DNA from: a virus
Length of the DNA: 64,000 nt
Strand: one strand, 5' to 3'
Virus record (IMG/VR): IMGVR_UViG_3300017917_002762
Span: 1 to 64,000 of that record
Shown: positions 54,887 through 64,000 of the stretch, piece by piece
How positions within the stretch are numbered: position 1 is the stretch's first letter
Layout: every line of letters begins with the position of its first letter
Notes under the pieces: generated by a model
Databases searched by the model: none
What the model saw: only the letters and a program-made list of their open reading frames with translations
Told to the model about the DNA's origin: nothing
Position numbers and translations under genes: made by a program

Positions 54887-57800
54887 ATCTATTAGATATG
54901 TTAAATCTAATACCCCAATCTTTTCTAAACTCATCATCAAAGATTGCTCTCATTTGTATTCCTTCTTTAAATATAGGTAACATTTTTGAAAGATATTTAG
55001 CAGGTTTTGCAGCATCTAACATATCTTCATCATTAGTTACAAATCCATATCCTTGTTTTAAAGATGCTCCAGTAAATTTATAAAAATCTTCTGCTAATCC
55101 TACCATAGGTAATGGTTTATTTACTAAATTAGACCATGATGGTGCACTATAAAAGAAAGAAAATTCATCAAAATATTTTCTAAATGCTCTTCCTGTATAA
55201 GCTCTCCATCCTGTATTTTCATCATCATCATCATCTTCACCTAAAATTGTAAACATTAATGCTCCAATTCCTAATATCATTAAGAATTCTTTATAAAGAG
55301 ATTTAATATTACCTATATACATGTCTACAAATTCACCTTCTGTAATGGTAAATTCTTCTCCTTTATCGATAGCTTCAGCTTTCATTAATAAATATTTTTG
55401 TTTAGCTGCTTCTACCATATTAGTACCACTTGCTGATATAATAGCACTTAAAAGATTAGGTGCTCTTTTTGTAAAAATTTCTTGAAAGAATAAATTAAAT
55501 TTACCCATAGTATGAACTTCTAAATCTTGATCATATTTTAATTTTCCAAATCTTTCTTGAACCATTTGAGGCATCCAAGATCTAAATTGCATAGCCATAG
55601 ATCCTAACATACCAGTTCTAATATTATTTATATCATCTCTAGTAGAGTTGCCAAGAACACTTTTAGTTACTTTTTTAATTTTTAATCTAAATCTACCCCA
55701 TTGTTCTCCTTGTAAATCAATACCAGGAATTTCTATTTTATCATTTTTAATTTCTGCTATTTTATATATTGATTTAGTTTCTTTTAATTTGGTAACTTCT
55801 TCTTCTATTTTTTTTCTTAAACTATTTTGTTCAGATTTAGAAAGAGAATAAAATGATTCATTATAATTGTATTTAGCTTTAACATAAGTTTTAATATCTA
55901 CAATTTTTCCATTTTCATCTACCATATTATTTTTCATTAAAGCAATAGCAATTGGATATTGTACAGCTTTATCTGATGCGTGCATCATAAAATATGCTTT
56001 ATCTATTGTGTTTGCTCCAATTATACTTGATATTGAAAGTTTATTTATTTTAGAATCTTTCATGTCAGTTAATAAAACATCAGCAACTCCTAATAAACCA
56101 TATGCAATTTCATCACGTTTAGTTAAATCATATATTGAAGATGTCCAATCTGATGTATTAAATAATATACCTTTACTAGCTTGAAAAAATGCATTACCTG
56201 TACCACCTACAAAGTTTGCAGTTCCAGATAAAGGATTTAATGCAAGTGTTTTAAGAGAAAAAAATCTTGACAACCATCCTAAAATTTTATGCCCAGAATA
56301 TTCTTTATCTCCTATTTTTATTTTTTTATCTTCCATTTTACCACTCTGCTTATTATATAAATAATAATTTATAAACTCAGAAAGTAATTTTGAATTAACC
56401 TCATTTCCTGGAATTTCTTTTTTAACTCCACTTTCAAAAACTGGATTACCAAATCTATCAGTTTCAATATGTGGTTTATTTTTTTCAACAAATAATAATA
56501 ATCTAGATTTATCTTCTATTTCTGACATTGATTCGTAGTTAGCAAGTTGTGCAGCCCATACTCCAAACACTTTAAATAAATCCATACTTTTTTGTGAATA
56601 ATCCATAGAACCATCTTCTTTTTCAACACCTATATCTCTTATAAAATGTGCAGGTATTGTGTGTTCTATTTCACCTGTAATAGGATTAATTTGTGGAGAA
56701 AATGGAGACTCACCGTTTTCAACTTCAAGTTTTTCAAATATTCCTTTACTAGAAAACATATCACCACCAAAAACAAATTGTTCAATTTTATTTTTATGAA
56801 GATTTGGAATAAAATTTGGAGAATACTCATCAAGTATACCTACTTTATTAGATCTTTTAATTAAGTTTTGAAAATATTCATATGTTTTAAATGCAATTGG
56901 AGATTTTTCAAGTTCAATCCATTGAGCAGTTTTCCATGTTGATTTTGGTTTTAAAAATGTATTTAAAACTTTTTTACCATTATAGTTATCCATGTTTAAA
57001 TAGGCTTTTTTATTTTTATTTAATCCGCCTAAATTAACATCATGTTCTTCTATCCAATTTTTATATGCTTGTTCTTGAAGTTTTTTATTGTTAGCTTCAT
57101 TTTTGGAATCATAAACAATTGTTTCATAAAATTCTTTTTGTCTTTTAGAAGCTTTTTCAAATTTTTCACTATCAAATTCTGTATTGTTAATTAACCATAC
57201 TACATCTTCTGACTGAATTGCTTCATTCATTAGTTTATAAAATTCAGAATTATATTTCTTTAAAAACTTACCTGTCCATTTTCCATTTTTATCATAGTCT
57301 AATAATGGTTTAAATAAATCTTTATCTGCTAATCCTTTTGATCTGGCCCAATCAATATATTCTTTTCTTAAAGAAGAAAGTTCTTCATAATCTTTATTGA
57401 ATTGATTATCTCTTTTTATTTGAGCATCACTAAGTATTCTACTAAAAACTCTAAATGATTTTTGAGGAATTGTACTTAATGAACTAAATAATCCTGTTAT
57501 TTGTCCTACTACTGTTTCACCTTCTAAAAGATTGGTTATACCAGTTTTTTCTTTTGCAAAATCAACAACCATATTTTTAATAGCTTCTTGCATATCAGAT
57601 AATACAACATCTGCTGTACTATTCATTTGGTTGTAATCATTTATAATTTCATCAATAACATCAATTTCAGCTTGATTTTTAGTTTCTTTTTTATATTTTT
57701 TAAGTTGATTCATATAAATATTAAATACCCTTGTTGTATTTGTAAATACACTAAGTATTTCTAAAGACTCTAATGCATCTTTTTCTGTAAGTTTTTTATC

Positions 57801-60131
57801 ATTAATTAATTTCTTATATTTATTAATTTCATAATTACCAAGTTCAATATACTTTCTAATATCACCTCTAAGTTGTAAATCTCTTACAGCATTTTTATAT
57901 TTAGTTAATTCAATTTTTTTACGTTTTCTTTCTTCATCAGTTTTATATTTTTTATTTTCAAGAATGTCCATAACACTATTAAGTTTTTTAATGTATTCAG
58001 ATAGTTCTCTATCTTCTGATTTTTCATCTCTTAATGTTACTGGAAGTAAATAATTTTTATTATCTGGTATTTCTGATGTATCAAAATTACCTATTTCAAC
58101 TTTATTAATACCATCTATTGTTCTATTATCTCCTTTTCCTTGATATGCATATATCACTTTAATTGGTATTGCTCTAACAAAACCAAAACTTTTAATATTG
58201 TAATGTGTTTGAAGAATTTTCTTATATTCTTGTAACTGAATTCTATACATTGTTTCTTTGTATGGTTTTAATTCATTTTGATCTTTTGCAATTTCTTGAC
58301 TTTTCCAATCATAAATATGTGCCGTTCCATCAGCAGATATTATTAATAAGTCAATACTACCAGCAACATCTTTAACTGGATCATATATTTTAACCTCACG
58401 CATAAATTTAGCACCAGGTTCATTATAGTTATCAATTAAATCTCTAATAAATTTATCAAATAATCTATATGGTTCTGTTCCTTCATATTTACTTCTTGAT
58501 GCTGCTGGTGAACTACGTACAATATGTGTTGTAGGATCAACATATACATCTATAATATCTTGCATTATTTCATGTATAACATCTCCATATTCTGCTTTAA
58601 GTAAATCTATTTTTTTCTGTGTTTCATTTCTATTATCATTTGGAAACTTTCTTTTTAACCAAGCATCTACATATTTAGATGTTACAGAATACTTAATATC
58701 TTTACCATTAATAGTATATACGTGACGTTTTTGACCTGTTTTAGGATCTACACTATTATCTAATTTAATATCTTTTTGATGTTGTTCTAATTTTTCTGCT
58801 CCTTCTAATTGATAATATTCACCTTGTTCTTGAATGTTTTCAGTTGATAAATCAGAAACATCTGCTTTTAATATTTTTTCAGCTGAAATTTGAAATGCGT
58901 CTGTCTGTGATTTTTTAAATATACTTTTTATAAAGTTCCAAAGTTTATTCCACCAACTATTAAAATCTTTCATTTTAGAAGTTGATTCATTCGTAGTTGA
59001 TTGAGCAACAATATGTTGAGCTATGAGTTTACCTATAGCTTCTTTTTTAAGTTTATTAATATTAAGACTACCATCTTTATTACGGTATTGAGGATCATTT
59101 CTATATAAGTCTATTGTTTCTTTATAGATTTGATATCCTGTTATTTTAGACATCATCTCTTTTAATAGAGGATTATTTTCATCTAACATTTCTACAAAAA
59201 AGTGGGTTGCTTCTTCAGGAAGTGTTGTTATATCTGCTCTACCTTCTATAATATCAATTATTTTATTAAGCATATCTGCTTTAGCTATAGCTGATATTAC
59301 ATTACCTTGTGCATCTTTTATTTCATTTACGGTATTAACAGATACACCAATCTTTTCTAAAAAGTTTTTAACTAAACTATTTATTTCTGCATTTGCTTTT
59401 TCAGTAGATTGAGATTCTTTTTGAAGATATATTTCTTGTTTATTTTCTTTTACTTTATTTTTTGTATTAACAAATTCTTTAAATCCTTCTATATCTTGTT
59501 TAGAACCTAATATGTAAGTATCTTTTGCGTTAAATACAACTACTAATTCTCTTTTACTTTCTTCTAAAAATCCATCATAATTATTATTAATCATCCATCT
59601 TTTATATTCCTCATATTCTTTTCTTGAAGATTCATCTAATAGATTTCCTTTTACAAATACTCTTAAATTAGATAGCCAATTTGGGTAAGGATTTTTAAGA
59701 TTTACTAAAGTTGGATATACAATATTTCCTAATTCATTATTAGAATCTTGAGTTTTTATATAATCTTTATCTTTTGAAAAAAAGATACCCATAGAATTAT
59801 CTGGGCTAGCTTTTTCTTTTTTACTACCTATATATTTATTGTCAAAAGCATCAAATTTATTTGGACTTATATGATAAACAATATCTTTAACTTTACTGGT
59901 TTTAAAAATAGTAGAAAGATACTGCATATATTGAACTTTACTGCCAATATTTGCAAGTTCTGGTGAATCTTTAAATACACTATCAATAGCTTCTATTTTT
60001 CTTTTAAATGAATCTATAACATCTTTGTTTTTACTTATAGATGTAGCAAATTCATTTTTATTATTAATAAAGTATTCTTTGAATTGTTGCTCAGAATACT
60101 GTTTTCCTTTATATGTTATTATACAACTCAT
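54885..60131 (-). CDS. 1748-aa polyvalent / probably ejected virion protein (ART-like, peptidase-like and PD-(D/E)XK modules)
   Basis: DIVYH..P..FD.FD...GIFFS (ART-PolyVal-like), TLPEEATHFFVEML, and GSIDLL...IYDWKS...YRIQL. Confidence 0.7.
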   Translation of the reverse strand: MSCIITYKGKQYSEQQFKEYFINNKNEFATSISKNKDVIDSFKRKIEAIDSVFKDSPELANIGSKVQYMQYLSTIFKTSKVKDIVYHISPNKFDAFDNKYIGSKKEKASPDNSMGIFFSKDKDYIKTQDSNNELGNIVYPTLVNLKNPYPNWLSNLRVFVKGNLLDESSRKEYEEYKRWMINNNYDGFLEESKRELVVVFNAKDTYILGSKQDIEGFKEFVNTKNKVKENKQEIYLQKESQSTEKANAEINSLVKNFLEKIGVSVNTVNEIKDAQGNVISAIAKADMLNKIIDIIEGRADITTLPEEATHFFVEMLDENNPLLKEMMSKITGYQIYKETIDLYRNDPQYRNKDGSLNINKLKKEAIGKLIAQHIVAQSTTNESTSKMKDFNSWWNKLWNFIKSIFKKSQTDAFQISAEKILKADVSDLSTENIQEQGEYYQLEGAEKLEQHQKDIKLDNSVDPKTGQKRHVYTINGKDIKYSVTSKYVDAWLKRKFPNDNRNETQKKIDLLKAEYGDVIHEIMQDIIDVYVDPTTHIVRSSPAASRSKYEGTEPYRLFDKFIRDLIDNYNEPGAKFMREVKIYDPVKDVAGSIDLLIISADGTAHIYDWKSQEIAKDQNELKPYKETMYRIQLQEYKKILQTHYNIKSFGFVRAIPIKVIYAYQGKGDNRTIDGINKVEIGNFDTSEIPDNKNYLLPVTLRDEKSEDRELSEYIKKLNSVMDILENKKYKTDEERKRKKIELTKYKNAVRDLQLRGDIRKYIELGNYEINKYKKLINDKKLTEKDALESLEILSVFTNTTRVFNIYMNQLKKYKKETKNQAEIDVIDEIINDYNQMNSTADVVLSDMQEAIKNMVVDFAKEKTGITNLLEGETVVGQITGLFSSLSTIPQKSFRVFSRILSDAQIKRDNQFNKDYEELSSLRKEYIDWARSKGLADKDLFKPLLDYDKNGKWTGKFLKKYNSEFYKLMNEAIQSEDVVWLINNTEFDSEKFEKASKRQKEFYETIVYDSKNEANNKKLQEQAYKNWIEEHDVNLGGLNKNKKAYLNMDNYNGKKVLNTFLKPKSTWKTAQWIELEKSPIAFKTYEYFQNLIKRSNKVGILDEYSPNFIPNLHKNKIEQFVFGGDMFSSKGIFEKLEVENGESPFSPQINPITGEIEHTIPAHFIRDIGVEKEDGSMDYSQKSMDLFKVFGVWAAQLANYESMSEIEDKSRLLLFVEKNKPHIETDRFGNPVFESGVKKEIPGNEVNSKLLSEFINYYLYNKQSGKMEDKKIKIGDKEYSGHKILGWLSRFFSLKTLALNPLSGTANFVGGTGNAFFQASKGILFNTSDWTSSIYDLTKRDEIAYGLLGVADVLLTDMKDSKINKLSISSIIGANTIDKAYFMMHASDKAVQYPIAIALMKNNMVDENGKIVDIKTYVKAKYNYNESFYSLSKSEQNSLRKKIEEEVTKLKETKSIYKIAEIKNDKIEIPGIDLQGEQWGRFRLKIKKVTKSVLGNSTRDDINNIRTGMLGSMAMQFRSWMPQMVQERFGKLKYDQDLEVHTMGKFNLFFQEIFTKRAPNLLSAIISASGTNMVEAAKQKYLLMKAEAIDKGEEFTITEGEFVDMYIGNIKSLYKEFLMILGIGALMFTILGEDDDDDENTGWRAYTGRAFRKYFDEFSFFYSAPSWSNLVNKPLPMVGLAEDFYKFTGASLKQGYGFVTNDEDMLDAAKPAKYLSKMLPIFKEGIQMRAIFDDEFRKDWGIRFNISNR

Positions 60132-60793
60132 ACTTCTTTCCAGATTTTATTATTTTTGATTTGATTTACAGTAGCTCTTGAACAACTAAATAATTCTGCT
60201 ATTTCTTTATCTGTTTTACTACCTACTAAGGATTTAATTTCTCTAACTTGCTCTATTGTAAGTTTAGAATATTTACCTCCATTAGCTTTAGCTTCTTTCA
60301 TTTTTTGTTTCCACTCATCAGTTATAACCCTACCTTTTAAAGAATTACTTATTTTCTGTAAAGTTTCTTCAGAATGAGTGTAATTACTTCTATTTATTTT
60401 TTGACCAGTTCTAGCTTTACTAATATTTAGTTTAGCCTCTTCTGACATTTTATAACCTCTTCTCCTATTTTTAGGAGGTCTTCCTACTGTTTCAGCTAAG
60501 TTTAATTCAGGTTTTAGTTTATCTACAAACCATTGTTCAGCTTTTAATAAATACTCTTGTGGGCATTTAATTAATATTTCAAATCTAAGATTTTCTACCC
60601 CTATTTTTAAACAAAGTCTTTGAAAGTACTTATTAAAATGTTTTTGTTTTAGTATAGCTCTATTATGGGCTTGTAACCTTTCTTGTAAATCATTAGTAGA
60701 ACCAATATAGAATCTACTATCATTATCAAAATAAAGTTTATAAATAGCACAAACTCCTGTATATTGCCCTTTTTGTAAATTTTTTATAAACAT
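60128..60793 (-). CDS. Free-standing GIY-YIG endonuclease with NUMOD3-like repeats and a C-terminal HTH
   Basis: CAIYKL...FYIGST.DL.ER...H; SEEAKLNISKA and SEETLQKISNS repeats. Confidence 0.88.
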   Translation of the reverse strand: MFIKNLQKGQYTGVCAIYKLYFDNDSRFYIGSTNDLQERLQAHNRAILKQKHFNKYFQRLCLKIGVENLRFEILIKCPQEYLLKAEQWFVDKLKPELNLAETVGRPPKNRRRGYKMSEEAKLNISKARTGQKINRSNYTHSEETLQKISNSLKGRVITDEWKQKMKEAKANGGKYSKLTIEQVREIKSLVGSKTDKEIAELFSCSRATVNQIKNNKIWKEV

Positions 60794-61941
60794 TATTTAC
60801 TTTTAGTTTTAGTTTGATAATTTAATAAAGCAGCTTTAGTTTCATCTCCTAATATACCATCAAATGAACCATCTTTTTTAATAGACTTTTCAAATTTTAC
60901 ACCTCTATTAGCTAATTCTTTCTGTAAAGCTAATGTATCAAAATTTTTTTTATTTACATCTAATTCAGATAGTTCTTTATCAGAATAGTACATTCTTTTT
61001 TGTTTACCATCACCATAATCTTTTACATAAATTCTATCATATATTTCAAAAGGTTTTCCAAAATCCATTGGAGATAAATCCCATTTATCATAAAAAGAAA
61101 CATATTTTCCTTTCTCATCTTCTCCTGTTGACATTTTGTAATCGCCCATTACATTTTTTTCTTGGTCTGGAACTAATCCTTTTACTCCAACATCAAACCC
61201 TTTAGATGAACCATCTGCACTACCTTTAGATTTTACATAAGCATAATTAATTAAATTTTGAACAAAAGCATCGTTTTGGTTATTAAAAGTGTAGTAATTG
61301 ATATTTTCACTTGAGTTACTTGGTTTATAGTTACTTATTTTAAAAGTGTTGTTTTTTTGAGGAATACCTGAATATAAATTTAAAGCATCTAATTTTTCTT
61401 TATCATAAGGTTTTGGGTCTTTATCTATAGCTTTTCTATTTTCTTCTTTTTTTCCCATAACTCCTGCACTCCAAACTCTTTTTTCTAAGCCTTCATAAGA
61501 ATACGGATATATATTTTCTGCTAAATTTTTATTTAATTTACTTCTATTTTGTATTTGTGAATTAGTCAAACCTGTTTCTTTTAATTGTTGTTGAGGAGTA
61601 CCTTTATAATTAGTATTATATCTTTTATCTTTATATAAAAACTCTTTTTCTCCTTTATTTCTTGCATCTGAATAAGCAGTATTAAAATCTTTTCTATCAC
61701 TATAATCAGTTACTCCCCAATTTTTTGGATTCATCCAACTTGGAAACCAACTTCCGTCTTGTGCATATTGACTTGCAACAGGTAAAGTTTCTACTAAACT
61801 ATCAATACAATCATGACAACCTTCTGATAGTTTTTGTTTAACCCAACTTCTTTTATTTGCAGGAATTATTACTGTATCTCCATGAGAATTTTCAAGTATT
61901 AATTCATTATGTTCTGCTTCTACTTTTATATTTTTATACAT
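60793..61941 (-). CDS. Putative virion protein with a C-terminal peptidoglycan-binding-like domain
   Basis: LALQKELANRG...DGILGDETKAALLNYQ. Confidence 0.65.
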   Translation of the reverse strand: MYKNIKVEAEHNELILENSHGDTVIIPANKRSWVKQKLSEGCHDCIDSLVETLPVASQYAQDGSWFPSWMNPKNWGVTDYSDRKDFNTAYSDARNKGEKEFLYKDKRYNTNYKGTPQQQLKETGLTNSQIQNRSKLNKNLAENIYPYSYEGLEKRVWSAGVMGKKEENRKAIDKDPKPYDKEKLDALNLYSGIPQKNNTFKISNYKPSNSSENINYYTFNNQNDAFVQNLINYAYVKSKGSADGSSKGFDVGVKGLVPDQEKNVMGDYKMSTGEDEKGKYVSFYDKWDLSPMDFGKPFEIYDRIYVKDYGDGKQKRMYYSDKELSELDVNKKNFDTLALQKELANRGVKFEKSIKKDGSFDGILGDETKAALLNYQTKTKSK

Positions 61942-61945
61942 AATA

Positions 61946-64000
61946 TTAATTTTTAGGAATTACTAATCCATGTTTGGCTGTAAATTCAGTATTACCATTT
62001 CTAATACTTACACCATTTTTACCAATGGTTAAATCTACCCCACCTTCTTTATGTGTGGGATAACCTTTTAAATCTTTTACAAGTTTCCATTTACCACCTT
62101 TAGTAAAGTTAGTTTGTAAACCTTTTTCAGCTTTTAATTTACCTCCACCACAATCTTTTTCTATTTTATTTTCTTGTTCAAGTTGATTTAAAACACTAAT
62201 ATACAAATTATTATCCATTTCTCCAACTTTACTATCAGGAAATATAGTATCAAGATAAGAGCTATAAAGTTGTTGAGCTTGTTGTTTATTTTTTAACTGT
62301 ATTTCAAAATAAGTACCTTTATCAACAGCATAACTTTTATCTAATAAAGATTTCCAAACTCTATTTGCAGCCTCATTAATATCTGCTTTACCAAAAGCTT
62401 CTGATTTTAGTGTCTTACCTTCTTTAGCTAATTGTTCTGCTAAAGCTATATAAACTTTTGTACCAAATCCTTTACCTTGAAATTCTTTTTCTAATTCTAC
62501 TCCAGCCATCCCTATAGAAGATGATATATAGCCTTCGTTATCTACAGAAATAATTCCTGCATATTTACCATCTATTTTAATAGGATAAGATATTGCTTCT
62601 GGATTATCTGGATTAAATCTTGGTTTATCTAGTTGTATTTCAGAAGTATTAATTAACCCTAAAGCTTCATATACAGAATTAGCAAGGTCTTGATTAGATT
62701 CAAATAACTCTTCTACTCCTGGTTTTATTTCTTCTGTAGCTTTATTTTTTTTAGACTGTTGAATTTGAAAGTAAACAAGCCTGTCATTAAAATCAGGAGG
62801 AAGAATAGATTTATCATCGTAATAGTCCCACATTTGATAATCAAATGCATCTTTTGCCCTACCCATCATGTTAAGCTTTTCGTAAAAAGCATAATTAAAA
62901 TGAGCTAAAGAAAGACCAAATTCAGAATCTTCTATTCTTTTATATTGTTCTGAAGACTCTGGACGTAAAAAGAAATCAAACAGATAAATTTGTTTTAGTT
63001 CTTCTTTAGTGAAATTCTCTAAACGCTGATTGAAAGAACCTGTATATGACTTAAATCTATTTTTTAATTCTTGATTTTCACTCCAAATAGCATTGATTGT
63101 AATGTAGAAAGCATTTGCTTTTTCATTATAGAAGGAATATAGAAAGTCAGTTTGAGGAAACTCTTTTTTAAACTCTTGTAAAACTTCTACATTATCAATT
63201 ATTTCATCAATGTTTAATCTAATATTTCCTTTTAATTTATATTTTTTAGCCTCTTGATAATTTCCTTCTGAAACGTACTTGTAATATAATCTACTACTCT
63301 CTAGTTCTTCAGGAGATAAATAATTTGCTTTATTAAGATTAATTTTGTGCACATCAGATGGTACAATATTATCAATATCATGAAGAGCATCTATCTCTGG
63401 TCTATAAGTTGTTCCTTGAAGTCTATAAGCTAATGATCCAGTAATGAGCATTCCTTTTTTAGAGAACCATTGCATAAACTTTAGTGCTTTTCCACCATCT
63501 ATTTTGTTTTGATTTTTTATAGTTTCAGAATAAGATAGTAAGTTGTAATTGGATGTATCTTTCTTTATCCTATCTAACTTATCATAATTCTTATTTAATA
63601 TATCTTTTGCAATAGAATCAACTGTAGTGTTCAAAGAAACATTATCAATTCCTTTAATAAGATTTAGAATATAGTCTATTACTTTTTGAACCTTTGCCCA
63701 AAATTCTGTATCACCTTTTTGAACTTTATAATTTCTAACAAGAGCAATACCAATAGCTTGTCCAATAGCTTCTTTTTTAATTTTATAAATGTCCATATTA
63801 CCTTCTTTGGTAACATATACATTTTTGTAATCTCTTAGCACACGCTGATATCCATCCCATTTATCAATGTTATCAAACATGTATTTGAATAATGGGTTGT
63901 CTGCTTTTTTATTGCTTATACTTCCCAAGAGCTCTACAAACACATGTCCATATTCTTCAGGAAGAGTTAGAAGACTTCTATTTTTAGAATAGTAGATTGT
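61946..64000 (-). CDS. Polyvalent protein (peptidase-like, nucleotidyltransferase-like and GNAT-like modules); 5-prime end lies beyond the window
   Basis: Frame is open from 64000: TIYYSKNRSLLTLPEEYGHVFVELL; LITGSLAY...HDID; ELEKEFQGKGFGTKVY. Confidence 0.75.
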   Translation of the reverse strand, partial: TIYYSKNRSLLTLPEEYGHVFVELLGSISNKKADNPLFKYMFDNIDKWDGYQRVLRDYKNVYVTKEGNMDIYKIKKEAIGQAIGIALVRNYKVQKGDTEFWAKVQKVIDYILNLIKGIDNVSLNTTVDSIAKDILNKNYDKLDRIKKDTSNYNLLSYSETIKNQNKIDGGKALKFMQWFSKKGMLITGSLAYRLQGTTYRPEIDALHDIDNIVPSDVHKINLNKANYLSPEELESSRLYYKYVSEGNYQEAKKYKLKGNIRLNIDEIIDNVEVLQEFKKEFPQTDFLYSFYNEKANAFYITINAIWSENQELKNRFKSYTGSFNQRLENFTKEELKQIYLFDFFLRPESSEQYKRIEDSEFGLSLAHFNYAFYEKLNMMGRAKDAFDYQMWDYYDDKSILPPDFNDRLVYFQIQQSKKNKATEEIKPGVEELFESNQDLANSVYEALGLINTSEIQLDKPRFNPDNPEAISYPIKIDGKYAGIISVDNEGYISSSIGMAGVELEKEFQGKGFGTKVYIALAEQLAKEGKTLKSEAFGKADINEAANRVWKSLLDKSYAVDKGTYFEIQLKNKQQAQQLYSSYLDTIFPDSKVGEMDNNLYISVLNQLEQENKIEKDCGGGKLKAEKGLQTNFTKGGKWKLVKDLKGYPTHKEGGVDLTIGKNGVSIRNGNTEFTAKHGLVIPKN

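Noticed and set aside
54885-60131. Virion RNA polymerase as in crAss-like phages
   Set aside because: No DxDxD catalytic loop (DFDID-type) was found in the translation
1-64000. Stop-codon reassignment (seen in some crAss-like phages)
   Set aside because: Long genes are intact under the standard code, and TAG and TGA occur at sensible gene ends (for example 11676, 23801, 24647 and 24984)

Overview
This is a 64 kb segment of a large, very AT-rich tailed dsDNA phage genome. The host is probably a Bacteroidota species, inferred from TATATTTG promoter boxes, A-rich leaders without Shine-Dalgarno sites, lipoboxes and a u-spanin-like gene. The TerL, PolB, primase and DnaB genes resemble those of crAss-like and environmental Bacteroidota phages (inference). 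Layout from left to right: (1) 1-4.9 kb, minus-strand packaging and regulatory block (TerL running off the window, candidate TerS, PD-(D/E)XK nuclease, HU-like protein, RepL-like protein). (2) 4.9-5.6 kb, divergent junction with phased repeats. (3) 5.9-15.1 kb, an RNA-dense early region with four large structured non-coding segments, a pseudoknot, three atypical tRNA-like genes, a minimal nucleotidyltransferase, an HNH gene, an RNA ligase and a phosphoesterase. (4) 15-34.6 kb, accessory and metabolic genes (thyA, SF2 helicase, degenerate UDG, MoxR AAA + VWA), including two integron-like attC cassette arrays. (5) 34.7-38.9 kb, minus-strand lysis and virion module. (6) 39-54.7 kb, replication and nucleotide metabolism, with PolB split in motif A by a 950-nt group I intron encoding a GIY-YIG nuclease, plus dNMP kinase, dCTP deaminase and an SPL-like radical SAM enzyme. 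(7) 54.9-64 kb, minus-strand giant polyvalent or ejected-type proteins and a free-standing GIY-YIG gene. The strongest leads for undescribed biology are the phage-borne attC-like cassette arrays that share a terminal attI-like motif, and a coiled-coil gene flanked by a ~540-nt ornate RNA and a ~270-nt RNA with hexamer-phased G(N)3TT tracts. All pairings were read by eye. No folding, alignment or database search was run, and family names come from motif recognition.
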